NCBI GenBank assembly: GCA_008632985.1 | Contig: QPGO01000008.1 | Coordinates: 62,001-126,000 of the forward strand | Source: Psammoneis japonica | Taxonomy: Eukaryota | Reading direction: 5' to 3' | DNA length: 64,000 nucleotides | Part shown: positions 1 through 12,899 of the stretch, one piece after another | Layout of the letters: each line of letters starts with the position of its first letter | How positions within the stretch are numbered: position 1 is the first letter of the stretch | The notes under the pieces: generated by a model | Databases searched by the model: none | The model's input: the letters and a program-made list of their open reading frames with translations, nothing else | Told to the model about the DNA's origin: nothing | Translations under genes and position numbers: made by a program

Positions 1-172
1 GTTGGTTCCTCTGTGGTGCTGCATCATGTTTATCGTAAGCCTGGCTGTGCATATGTATCAGCATGCGAATGGACGGGAGCTGAGTATCGTCTGTATGCAA
101 AAGTGCCTTTTGCTGTTTTTTCACCTTTCTGAGTGATTCTCACTCCTCCCACCTCGTTTCCTTTGTACTTAG

Positions 173-459
173 GCCCCGGAAATTGCCACAAGGCACCCGT
201 ACAACTTTAGTGCCGATGTCTACTCCTTTGCTATTGTCCTTTGGGAATCCATGGCGTTACAAGTTCCCTATGCGGGCTTTAACAAGTACCAAATGACAAA
301 CATTGTTGCTTCGTACGGCGAGCGACCCAGCATTGACGACAAAAAGTGGCCCAAACCACTATTGACTTGATTCAAAAGTGCTGGGATGCGAATCATCGGA
401 AACGACCGCAGTGTGCAACAGTTGTGAAGGAACTCGAAAAGCTAATTGACGATGAGTAA
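173..459 (+). CDS. Last exon of a protein kinase (subdomains VIII-XI); gene begins left of the window
   Basis: After an AG acceptor at 171-172 the sequence reads APEIATRHPYNFSADVYSFAIVLWE...GERP, then IDLIQKCWDANHRKRP...DDE*. A 1-nt frame break lies at about 360. Confidence 0.8.
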
Positions 460-752
460 AGATAGCACTGCGACACTCGTGCTAAACAGGCAAGATAGAC
501 GGATTTTGCTGTATCTTGTACTATATTCGAGCGACTCCTCCACTCTACTGCTACTACTTGATACTACCATACTCACTACTAGAAAGGCCCGGCAGCCAAA
601 AGCAAATCTCTACGACGTCTGCCTCCGCTCTGTATCAGTAGACAGAGAAAGAGAGAGGTCCTTGTACGGTTGGGGTTTGGGGCGACAACAATTCTGTGGT
701 CAATTTGTTATTAAATTCTCCGGCCTGAATCAATTCGCGCAATGCCATTAAT

Positions 753-1902
753 CTATGTACTTTTCTTGGCCATGTTTGTAAATCCAGTGCCAAGACAACT
801 CAATATAATCGTTTGCGATTCACGTTGTGGCGACAGCTTGAACTCAACCCCAAATGCCTGCTTGTACAGCCGCAGCGATTCAATGGTAAATTGTGACAAG
901 GTACCAATCCGAATACGAGCAACGTCTTCAGGAGTAAGACACATGAGTAACAATGCCAACGACTGCATCCCCCGTATCGATACAACCGCCTCGCTGAATT
1001 TCCTGCAAAAGCAAAGCTGCAGCTCGCTTTCCAAAGTCTTCGGGTAACTCTCTCGTGTCTGCATTCAAACATGCTTCTGTGCACAAGCCTGATCCATTCA
1101 CTGTTTCGGCAGATAGCAAGAGTCCCAAGGATGGACTCGGCCCACAATTGCCTTTGCCCTTTAGTAACGTGGAGGTGTGTATCCAGACGTCAGGTAGCAA
1201 TCGCAGCAAAACACCTTTTGCAGAATGGGAAGCACGAGCCGCCGAGGAAGGTGGTATATTGCACGAGACACACAATCCACGAATTCGTTTGATTTTATCA
1301 TTTTGGTCGTATGTCAAATCAATGGGCCGGAGCTCCTTTTTCACCATGGGGCAGTAAAATTCAACGAAACCTCCTCCGTGTGGCGCAGCGCCGTGTTTCT
1401 TTACAACAATAGCTGGAGCGGATGATTCTTCTGCATCGTCGCCAATCCCAAATTTCTGTAGCAGAGGAATAGCGGCTCGCTGTAAGTAATCAGGCGACGG
1501 ATCTAATTCACAAGTTCCGTCCGTGACTCCCTCCAACGTCATCGACAAGGACTCTTTTCCAAACGGTGCCAACGGCAAAATACCTTCCAAGAACCACCCG
1601 ACGCTTCTCGAATTGGGACACACGTGGTGAATGCGAGATCCGCCCATTAACATTCCAGGAGTAAATCTCACTTGAGTTCCAGTGGCGTTAATCTCGATGC
1701 GAGTTCCATTTGTCATGCTATCCAACAATCGCAGAAACGAAACTTCGTGATCCGCCAGACCCGGAGAAGAAATATCCATGTGTCGAATGTTTCGAATCAA
1801 AACAGACCGACGGCTCAGAATGGATACCGCAAGACGTTGTCGAAACTGAACAGCACCATCTTCATATTTCAGTGTCGTTGTTGTTCGAGTCGTCGTCGTC
1901 AT
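753..1902 (-). CDS. RCL1: RNA 3'-terminal phosphate cyclase-like protein (18S rRNA processing)
   Basis: FRQRLAVSILSRRSVLIRNIR, EVSFLRLLDSMTNGTRIEINATGT, LAPFGK and C-terminal LSCLGTGFTN. The two ORFs join if one G is removed from the G5 run at 969-973. Confidence 0.9.
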
Positions 1903-2278
1903 GGCGTCGAGGAGACTGCAGAGATAGCACAGAAGAAAAATGTGAGAAAAACTGATGTTGTGTGATCGAGTGGACGACACATGAGAGGAATACGGAATCG
2001 TTGCTTTGATTTCCTTTCGAATTTTTGAAATTCTCGATTCTCCTCCGAGCATATGTATATTTGTTTGATGGGGCATAAATGTTTTTTACCCAATTAGTGT
2101 TCTGAAGAGTTTTCAATGATTGAAATGTCTGCGACAGTCATTTTCAAACACTTTTTTTGGGCTAGCGGAACCGGCATCACCGCCTCACACATTATTGTCA
2201 CACGGGCGGGATTTCCCCATTCATCATCTTAAAAGGCCGTCATTTCAGTGTATGAGCCTATGAACAAAGTCCTTGACC

Positions 2279-5175
2279 ATGAAGAATATACTTTTGTGTG
2301 TGCTTCTGGGACTTGTAGGTATTGTAGAAGGGACCAGTAGCGGCAGTGGTAGCATGGGCAATGGCGACTATGGCAGTACAAGTAGTAGCAGCGGCATTGG
2401 TAGTGCAAGCAGCAGCAGCAGCAGCGGTACGTACAGTCACATGACTCCCTTTGCAACTTTTAAAGTTAAAAATGCTGACTCTTTCTTACCTCATAAATGT
2501 TTGCAAAGATGCCGATGTTCCTGTGCCGTTTGAATCGCTTGAGCACATGGCAAATGGGTGCAAGGCAATCTTCGAAGAGACATATCAGAAACGTTGCAAG
2601 CAATGCGTGAAATGTTACGAAGAGAAGTGTTTCAGTGACCTGAGCGATAGCAGCGATGAAAATAAATGTATGGGCGAGGGGTGTATGCTTTTGGAGAATT
2701 GCCATAAAAATATTCCGTTGATGCCGCATCATGACGAACTCGAGCACGCTTGCAAAATGCATAGCACGCACAACGAGCATGAATGCAAGGAATGCGTAAA
2801 GTGCTCGAAAGAAGGATGCTACAGCGAAAACGAGGGAATCGACTATAGCAAATGCAAAGAGTGCAAACCCGTCTCACACTGTCAGAGATATGGTGTCTTT
2901 CCCATTGCTTCCGTCTTTCCGCAGAAAGCACGTCCGACCACCAATCCTACTCGTCAGCCGTCTCCTCGTCCGACAATGTTGACTACCGCACCAACCCGAG
3001 ACATGTGCAAAGTTTGCGAGCAGATGGGATGCTTTTCTCTTGAAATTCTGCCTGTGGAAAGAGCAGAGAAATGCAAATACTACTGCGGCAAGCTCGATGA
3101 ATGTCCAGGATACAATGCACTCGATCTAAGCAAGAAAACACGTCGCCCCACAAGTAATCCGACTCGATCTCCAACTGTTTTCCCAACGTTTGAGCCTACG
3201 GAGCTTCCTACTTTTGATCCAACAGAGTCACCGACGCCACAGCCAACCGTTGCACCAACGAAAAGACGTACTAAACGTCCGACCGTGCAGCCAACAAAAT
3301 CGCCCTCATCGAGGCCCACTGGTTCGCCAACAGAAGAGCCAACAAAGAGACGTACGACAGAACCAACAAGATCTCCTACAGTTCAACCCACTCTAGAACC
3401 AACGAAGAGTCCAACAAATTCACCATCCTTGCAACCAACAGTTCGACCTACATTAACACCAACAGGATCGCCTACCCTGACACCAACCCGTGCTGCTACA
3501 ACGAGTCCAACATTTTCTCCCAGCCCCTCACCAACGAGACTGCTCACGGATGAACCAACCAGAGCTCCTTCCGTCCCGCCGACCGCCGGACCCACTCAAT
3601 TTCCAACATCATTGCCGACAATTCCTCAAACGATATCTCCGACCGTCGTTGAAACAACACCCACGCAGAGTCGTGGAACAGGAATGGTGTGTTCTCAAAA
3701 CGAAGATTGCATATCAGGAGTTTGCAGGAATGGAGCGTGCATGGCCTCCTCTGAATGCTATCCCATCAAGCACAAGTTTGGAGCTCCTTTTGATGAGAAA
3801 AGAATCAACATTGTCTTTGTTGGGTCGGGGTTTGAGACTCGTGACAAAAAGAGGTGGGAAAGACAAGTCGAGCGCGCAGTCAGAAAGTTTAAGGGATACG
3901 ACATGTTTAGTGACAGCGTGGACCAGCTCAATGTCTTTCGGGTTGACCTGGACAAGGAAGAACCAGCATTTTGCAACTTTGGTTGCTTTGGAGTCGATCG
4001 GCTTCTCTGTAAGTTGAAGCTTGTGGGTATCGCGTTTGATTCTTGCTTGGTAGCAATGGTCTTAACTTGTGAATCGTCATAATAACAGGCTGCGATATCG
4101 AAAAGTCGCATGAGATATCTTCAAAGTGTTTTCCTGCTAGCAGCAGTAATCAACAGACTGTGGTGATTCATGACGATGAAAGGTAAATTTTTTTGCTTTG
4201 ATTACACTGGAGTAGCATTTTGCAATGAACCAACCGTGGCGGTCGTGCTCGTTTTCTCAAAGGTATGGCGGTGGCGGATACACGGCGCAAAACATTGCAA
4301 CTATGTCGACACATCCGCAGGGAGCGCTAGTTGCAATTCATGAACTCGGTCACTCGTTATTTGAACTCGTTGACGAGTATGACTATGGCATAGGAACAGA
4401 TGAAGGGGCGAACTGCGCCGGCACCAAGGACTGTTCAAAATGGTCTGATCTTATAGGTCGTTCACTACCCGGCTACAACGAAGTTTCTTGCGTTCCCGGT
4501 TGTCAACTTTACCAATACTATGTCGGGGAGTCCTCCTTCATGGAAATTTTGAGTAATCCTGTTGGCGCAGTGAACACCCGGTACACTTGTTGTACCTATC
4601 AAGCCTTGACGAAATCGTTTCCAGCGTACTGTGATGTCTTCGATTTTGAGCCCGGCTACTTGATGAACTTTTGTTTATCAAACGACTTTCAAAACTATGG
4701 TACTGTCACATACTTGGAGAGAGTGGCTTCGCCTCTTTCCATAGGCTCGCTGTCAACAGGCCCCGGCAATGAGCAGACCAACTTCATGCAAATTCGAGAA
4801 CCATTATTGCTGCAAGTGGGTATCAGCGATTCACGGACTGGTGGCGCCTACATTCATCGCCAGCCTCAAGTGGGGACTTCTGGAGTTTACCGGAAAGAAA
4901 GAGTGCTCGGGGATTTCAAGAGTCTCCAGGAAGCTCTTGCGAAAGGAGAACAAACAGTACTCAGAGTCAAAGTCTACTATACGTCTGACATGGTTGAAAT
5001 GCTGTTCTCCATGAAAACAACTGTTGAAATTCCGGCACCCCTGCTGGAGGGTACGACCGACACAGATACTGTAATACGTCAAGTTTCTGAGCATGTCAAC
5101 GTGGTCGGCATTGTGCTCGATACTAATGGGCGGACATTGATCAACATTAAAGCGCGGCTTGTTGACACGGCGTGA
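2279..5175 (+). CDS. Secreted peptidase-M64-like metalloprotease, paralog 1 (signal peptide, Gly/Ser patch, Cys modules, Pro/Thr stalk); spliced
   Basis: MKNILLCVLLGLVGIVEG signal; PTxxPT repeats; RINIVFVGSGF; YGGGGY; HELGHSLFELVDEY zinc motif; GT-AG introns. Confidence 0.85.
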
Positions 5176-5238
5176 CGCACGTTGCGGTCACAGTGCATCC
5201 GTTGCCATATTGGGTGAAAACAAGTGGGGCGGCGACCC

Positions 5239-8200
5239 CTACTTGCGACGCTTTTTCCGTGTTGCTGGCTCGTCGACGTGTCCGTCACTGGCAAGAAGCG
5301 AGGCGCCGTTGGTAGAGAGAAACTTTCCAAATCGCTGCGTCTGCATTGGTGATGCCAAAAGGCGCTCCAGCTTAAATCTCGCTTGACGGGCTTCTCGCAG
5401 TTGATGCTGTTCTCGCCGAGTGCCTCCTTCCAGCCCTTCATCCATTAACTCCTCGTCGAAATCTAAACCAGCATCTGACGCGGCTTGCTTGAGCCATGAG
5501 TTGTGCTTCTGGGCCTTAGTTTCTGTATCTTCGCACGAAACAATCTTACAAGCCAGTGCTGTACGTTCCTGTGCTTGAGACAAAAGTCGACCGTCCATAT
5601 GTGCTGGCTTCCACAGCTTTTTCGAACCAAGCGCAACACAAATTTTATCGTGAGCCGCCGATTCAGCGGGACTTACCAACGAAAGACTTGTTCCCACAGC
5701 TCCTTCTCCTACGCCTCGCTATATTTATAGTATAAAGAAGTTATGACGAACAAAAGAATAGCGTGAGCATTGATCAAATATCCAAAGACCGTATCGGAGA
5801 GATTCTAATGAAACGCGACTCTGACAGCCAAGGGAAAGATATCCACAGATTCAAGCTACTAATCTTGAATTTTCACGTCGGAGACTCTAGTCCGTCCAAA
5901 TTCTTCATAGTCACGGTGTTGATTCCTCCATGGAAAATGAAACTCACCGCTGTTCTTCCTGCTCGGTGAATAAATGTGTCAGGGGTTCGTGCAACGTCGT
6001 AGTGTACGACGGTCTGTACGGCCGGGATATCCAGACCACGGGCCGCCACATCGCTGGAAACAACAATGGCTCGACTTTTGGAATCCCTCAACGATTCGAT
6101 TGCCTTGAAGCGAGCTTTCTGCTCGGTGGAATACCAGAAAAATATGATCAAAAGCGGGAACGGAGTTAGCAACCACAAAAATGAAATCAACAACAGAGCC
6201 AACCCGATCTCAGCGCAACAAGAAACATTCTGCTCAGAGATTGTTCACTCAATAGACTTCACAGAAACATTATAGATCCTGTCCTCCACATTCAGAAACG
6301 CCTCTTTCGTCTTGTTGGATCACGTGTCCTTTTGACTCGGAAACAACTGAAACATCAAGGCGAATTGAAGGGATGACCTGAATTCAATTCCTCTTTTAGA
6401 TTAAATATATTGTTCCTCATGGCATAATAATCCTTGTTCAAATCAAAATAGCGTTCACAAGAAGAAAAAGAATACCTACCTGCGTCATTTGCGCATGTAG
6501 CATGCGCACTGGCAGCTTTAAAGTCTTCAAAGTTGACCCGACACGGCGGACCGCCGCAATGGAGTTACAAAACACAAGACATGGTCCGCTTGATCCCTGA
6601 CTCGTCGTGGTCAAATAAGCAAACAAATGCGAGTCCTTGTGTCGCTGCGTCACATGCAAAACCAACAGGGACAAGCCAGGCGGCAACTTTGAGGAGAAAT
6701 TCGCTGCCGGAGTTGCAGTAGCAACTGGCGTAGTGGCTGGCATGGTGGCTGCTGGGGCGGACAAAGAGGTGAGATCAACCACTTTGCTGGGACCCTGTGC
6801 TTTTGCAACCTCCATAATATCTGAAATAGCACCTTCGATTTCGTTGTTCTTCTTCCCGTCAACGCCCTTTTCGCGTTTTTTCTTTTTAGTACCGCCGCCA
6901 AAGGATGGCAGGGTAAGTGTTGCCGAAAACACAAAGGTCTGCCGTTGCTTCGTTTTTGTACAAGCCTTGACCGTTGTGGTAGCTACGTTCTCCATTTGGC
7001 GTTGATCTTTCTGCATTGTCATTTGCTTCAGAACATCCGCTGTCAACATGGTGACCTTGGCTTCGCCGCGAATCCCAGGTAATCCCATCATTCGCTCATC
7101 TTGCTCCTCGTCATCGGTGTCGATTTCGTCGTCTGGTTCGCTGCCGCTTTCACTATCTTCGTTGCACAATTCTTCTTGTTTGTGAATTTCCTTGAGAATC
7201 TTGTAGAGGTGGGGAAAGTCGTTTTTGCCCTGTATCATACGATCGACTTCATCCACCACCAAGAACTGAAAGCGGGTCAAGTCCTTCAAATGTTCATATT
7301 CTCCACTTGACATCTGCGAGATTATTTTTTGAAAAGCAGCAAAACGGGAAGAAACATGAGACAAGCACAGCAACAGTATGACCGTCAAATCCTTCCGCGT
7401 AAACGCTGTGTCTCAGACTGACGTGCAAATTGATGTCGTTTCATATAACCCAAGTAAGGGAGTTCTTCAAACGGATGTCTAGTGTAGTCAAAGTTTCCTC
7501 GTCATGGACGCAGAGACCGAAAGACAGTATCGACAGGAAACTTACCAAGCTCCATAATCGTCCGGGCGTTGCTACTAGAATCGGCGGTTTCCATTGATTA
7601 AGGATACGAGATTGCTTGACGGCAGCCAGACCACCGACGAGGGTTCCAACCCACTTTCTCCTGTCCTGCAAGAGCTTGTGGCACTCCTTTGTAATTTGAT
7701 TGGCTAATTCTCGAGTGGGTGCCAGGACCAATGCTCTCCAAGAATGACAAGAGCTCATATCTGCATCGGGTTTTTCGTCTTGTTGTTCATCCAACAAATG
7801 CTGTAAAATCGGTAAAAGGTACGCAAGGGTCTTTCCTGATCCAGTAGGCGCTGCGCCCACAATGTTATGCCTGCCCAGTATGGATGCAGCCAAGGTGCAC
7901 GCTTGAATCGGTGTTGGTTGGTCAAACTTCTGATCCAGTAGTCCCTTACAAAGACTTGGGTGCAGCACGACTCCTCCACCACACGACATCATCCAAGATG
8001 TTTGTATATTTGAAACTTGTTCAGGAGTCGCTGCAGTTGTGTCTGTAATTGTACTTTGACTTTCAGTGTCGTTGCTGGCAGTGGTCGTCTCGAGGGAGCG
8101 TTTTCTTTTCTTTTGTTTCTTCTTTTTCGTCGAGCTCTTTTTCTTCTTGACGGTGTTTTCGGGATGAAGTTTGGCACTTTCGTCAGCTTCATCTCTGATC

Positions 8201-8430
8201 TTCGGCGATGAATCTTTAGATACACTCTTCACTTGTTTCTTTTCTTCGGCACTGCGGGTAGACACCATGTATTTGGAATTGTTCTTTGTTTCAACGCGGA
8301 ATTGTGAACCGTCTAGGACCTGCAACCCTACAAACATGGCCATACTGTCGTCATTGTCTTGCTGCGAGGGGATCTCTTCGGACGGCAACTCCACAGAGAC
8401 GCTTTCCCATGGTAACGATGGCGCCGACAT
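5239..8430 (-). CDS. DDX24: DEAD-box RNA helicase, DDX24/MAK5 type; spliced
   Basis: [65 protein letters not shown] and HRAGRTA across four ORF segments. Confidence 0.88.
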
Positions 8431-8559
8431 GGTGAAAAGCTTTCGGGATGTCGGCTACATACGGCATCGGATATCGCGATGAACCGATGAAAGAAGAAAG
8501 GAACGTTGACAACATCACTTTGAATGGCATGGATGCGATGGACGATGGATGGACGTGAA

Positions 8560-11500
8560 TAGATGCGAGCATGCCATGTGCTCAATACCCATTGTCCGAC
8601 GCTGCATGGGATGGTGCATTGTTTTGCACGTGCCACACCCGCGCGGATAGATTTGAAAAATCTAGAGAGAGGGTCATTGGGTGGCCGAGTGGGCATGGTG
8701 CAACATCCAACATCTCCAGCTAAAGAGACTCGAAAAAGTGTTGCAATCAAAAAAATTCTTGTGAGAAGACATGCAAAGGAGGAGGCACCCAGCGCTGATC
8801 AGCGACTCTGCTGGCTGCTGCGCTCTTGGGTGGCGCGAGTTGCAACAACAGCCCCAGCCTCGCGCACCTGGCACACACTTGCTCTTCCCTCACACACGCA
8901 TCTCACAGATGATTTTGTCATTTTGCTCCATGGCAAAGCCATGGCAAAGCCATGAAAAAGGCCACCCAGGATCTTTGTCACACTGCAAGCACAAAAGAAG
9001 ACAGCAGCAGCATGTGTGGCTGCAAAAATGAAGGGGAGAGCCGGGAGGACGAGCAAAATGCCGCCTTCTGCTGCTGTGCACTTCTCACCCCAAAAAGAGA
9101 TTCAGTGCAAAGGGAAGCAGTTTGGGTTGACAACTGTTTTCATTCTCAAAGTTGTGCGGTCATCTGGCACTTTTGGCTGCACTGCTTTGCGCTGCATGTG
9201 TGAGTGCCGTCAACAAAAGCCGCCAGCTCTGTTGCAGATTCAGGCTTCTTGCTCACAAGTGGCTCGATGCGCAACAGACCTCTGTTGGTTTCCATGGCAC
9301 TCTGATTGGCCACCATTGATTGCATGATGATTGGTTGTTGTCACCTTGTGTGCTCCACAACACGACCCGCTTTTCTCTGTGGCTGGATTTTCTCAACTTT
9401 GCTTGTTTTTCAAGAACCCCGTGATGAACACAATCGCGCATGTCTGCTCACATTCCACCAAGCAGATGACATTGAACAGATCACTGCAATCTGACTGTTG
9501 TGCCTTTGAATCAAAAGAGCTGCAACTCCCATGCACAAAAACATTTTTCAATCATGTGTTGATTTGTGCCACAGCTCCTGTTCAGCTGTGCCACCCACAC
9601 CACAAGCCTGGGTGGTCATCAGCGACTTGGTGCTGCTCACATTGTGCATGTCACAACATCAACTCTCCAAAGGCCCAAGTCACTGTGCTCCCCAACTTTG
9701 AAATTCCACAACCCAAGTTGACAAAAAAGCTCAATGTCACATTTTGCATCCTTTTTCTTTGTTGGCACAAAAAAGAGCGGGCATGAAAAGATGACAAATG
9801 CAAGTGTAAAATGACACACCTGCAATTGGCAAATGCAGCACATTCCCCATGCTTTTTTTGCACACTGGCACAAAGAGGACAAGAAGCCACAGTTTGATGA
9901 CAGCACTTCTTGTTGTGTCCAAAGTGTGAGAGCAGATCTCCTCTCATCCTTGGGTGCTTGTGAGAAGTGTTGACTGAAAGTTGCTGCTGGCTTCAAACTT
10001 CAAGGTTTGAAACATGAGAACTGCACTCAACTTGCTGTGTTTGGGAGCAAGATCTCTGCAGATGAAATCTTAGACAGCACTCATTTTTGTTGGGACCCAA
10101 GTGTCTGGCTGGGCACCTGGCCCAGCTCTGACTGCAGCTGCGCTCATTTTTTTTAACTGTTGTTTTTTGTCTCTTGTGGCTGTCAAAATTGCTGGGCCAT
10201 GTGCCCCTGTGGGCTAGCTCTGTTTGCTTCTGGCATTTCTTTTGGAGCAGGCAGGCCAGGACATGAGGTGCATGACAAGGTTGATTGCAAAAATGCTGGC
10301 GCTGCTCAGGGCAAAAGACCTTGCACAAAGTCATCTCTGTGTCATCCCTTGAATGGCCACTCTGTTTGCCTTCAACTGGCTTGCACCACTGGAAAATGGC
10401 AAGTCCAAGAAGGCACACATCAATGCCCAGTTAAAAGTCCACACTTTTCTCCACCAATTGTTGGCATCTCTGAGAGCTGCCCAAGCCAATGGATCGCAGC
10501 CAGCAAAGGGAGGGGGGGGACAAGTTGCACATGCTGCACCAACTGTGAGGCAAGGTGTTGCAGTGCAATGTCTGGGTCAAAAGACTCAACAAAAACAATC
10601 AACAGAGCTGTGAACAGAGGATTGGGAGGGGTGCCTGCTGCTGACCAGCCATGCCACTCATCACTGGTCAGAAAGCCCCTTTTTTGTCAAGTGGGTGACA
10701 CACAAATGAGTGCCAGATGACTTGCTTGCTCACTTGCAGCATTTCATGCTCCAGATCCTTCACACTGGCTGCAAGTGGAAAAATGTGTCAGAGGAACAAA
10801 AAGTGCACATCAGAAGAAGCTGCCATGGCACTGGAAATGTTGCTTGGATTCCACATGATTGTGTGCAATGGATGTCTTCCAGACAGGCATCAGAAAAGAG
10901 CTGGGCTGTCTGAAATCCCAGTGCTTTGTGTGCACCATGTCTGCTGAAGATGACAATGATGACCGGCCATTGACGCTGCAGGCTTGTCATCATGATGCAA
11001 GAAACACAGGTGTGTGTGTGGAACAATTGGAGTGACAAGCATTGTTGAGTGCTGACCCTGGCTGTTGATGTGTTCATTTGTGGTGGGCTTCAGGTTGGTG
11101 TTGAGAGCAGTTTTGCTGTCTTTCCATGAAAAAACACACAGCGGGCACATGGGAGTTTAAAAACTGTGGGAAGAGTGCACGAAGATCCTCCTCATTGTCC
11201 AGAGCATCACACTTTTGGAAGTTGCACAACACAATTTGTTGTGAGATTCTTGACAACTGCAGTTCAGTTGTTGTGAGCACATGCTCAAAGTCTGGTGAGA
11301 GGTCGATTTCAATGCTGCAGCCGCTGCTGTCTCAACTCTCATGCTGACCTCACCCAGCCCGCCAAACCTGATCTCCACAAGAAGCTCCCAGCTGATGTGG
11401 GGTGCAGCTGCAGTTGCCCAAGTGGCTTGGCAACTGTTCCTGTGTTGACCCCAAGCACTTGACAAAGCATCTCATTGTGGTGTCAACAACAAGGAAAGAT

Positions 11501-11600
11501 CGACAGCGGAGAGGTTCAGCTGCTCATGTGCACTGATGACTGCTGGGCACAAAAAAATTGCCAATTCTGGCACTCGATGAAGAAGCCACTAGGTCAGAAG
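8560..11600. repeat. TpA- and CpG-depleted degenerate block, probably transposon-derived; family not identified; boundaries approximate
   Basis: Only about half a dozen TA dinucleotides by eye in about 3 kb. TG/CA excess. Overlapping, almost Tyr-free, Cys/His-rich ORFs in all frames. Confidence 0.6.
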
Positions 11601-12065
11601 CATGTGAGTCAAGCTTGTGCAATTGACTCCAGTCGCAGATCGATCCTTCACATTGGTTCTTGCACTCTTCGCACCCAAGTTCAGATGGAGACGACCTGCC
11701 TCAAGCCCTCCCAACGAGCATGACCTCTCGATTCATCGGACTGAAAGGAGGGCACCTCCGCTCGAGCCGAGTCGTCAAATCCGCAACAATACAATGGAGT
11801 CATTTTCCTTTGCAGCACAGAGAAAAGATAATAATTAGTCAAGTATCATCAATGTCTTAATGACTAGTTGTTTTTGCCATTAATGACCTGCGGTCATTCA
11901 TTTTTTATTGGCTCCCCGTCACAAAACATCTCGCAGTGCCGGTTTTGCTTCTCCTTTCTGGGCGATTGGCAACCACTTCGTGCATTATTTTCTGCGTTCA
12001 ATTCATTTTTCTTGTCTCTCTCAACCTTCCCACTTGCAACGATTATAACACTACATTATCCCAAC

Positions 12066-12628
12066 ATGACAATTAAAGTATTTACGTGTCTATTCCACTT
12101 CCTACTTTTGAGTTTGTCCATTGTTTCTTCCCAGGAGCAAGGTGAGACCTGAGACATTGTTCTCCAGGAATCAAATGAACCCTACCGTTCAAGTTCTCTC
12201 ACAGACGTTGCTCATTGAATCTCGTTTTAGTGGGGGGCATTGAACGGGCAGGCGATGCAATGTTCCAGCCGCCCATGTTGTGCAAGGAATACTATAACGA
12301 GGATCAACAAACGCTTTGTCGTCAGTGTCGTACGTGCCGTGGCATAGGTTGCTTCGAAAATGATCCGAATGAGAACATCAAGTGCAAGCGAAAGAACTGT
12401 ACGGACCCATTGCTAAAGTACACTTGTAGAAAATATCCGGATTATGTCAAACCGATTTGGATAAACGAGGGATGCAAGAGATATGTCGGCAAATCACCCG
12501 AGAAAAAGAAGTGCAAGTACTGTTACAAATGTCGCCGCCTAAAGTGCATGGAAGACGACATAACACGGCAACAAAAGAGGATATGCAAAAGCAGGTCATG
12601 CACGCCTCAAAGAATGGCTATTTGCTGA
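12066..12628 (+). CDS. Small secreted cysteine-rich protein with two Cys modules
   Basis: Signal exon MTIKVFTCLFHFLLLSLSIVSSQEQ followed by a phase-1 intron (GTGAG...TTTAG at 12230); then CRQCRTCRGIGCF and CKYCYKCRRLKCM. Normal Tyr usage. Confidence 0.75.
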
Positions 12629-12899
12629 GAACACTGGGCACGAGCGCAAAAAAATCGACGAAACTTTTAGCTGGTAGATAGTCTGTCATTAACGCTCTCT
12701 AACAGCTGCATCCCAATTATAAAAATCTCGACGGCTTTTGCCAAAATCACCATTTGCTTCCTCTGGGAAGTGGTGCCTGATTCGAGACAGAATAGAAAGC
12801 TTTCTTACAATGTTCGAAGCAAGTCTGTCTGTCATTTTCCATTCAAGGCTGGATTTCGATGCTTGTTTCAAGGTGACAGACGCCAGTGTTTCTTTTTTA

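Noticed and set aside
355..975. Frameshifts in the kinase (about 360) and RCL1 (969-973) as pseudogenisation or programmed frameshifting
   Set aside because: These are single-base indels, one in a G run of a normally essential gene. With similar breaks at about 43135 and 50656, consensus error is more likely. Read-level checking is needed.
11475..11723. Possible Copia RNase H C-terminal fragment (GEVQLL...KKPLG)
   Set aside because: The similarity is too short and degraded to support a call.
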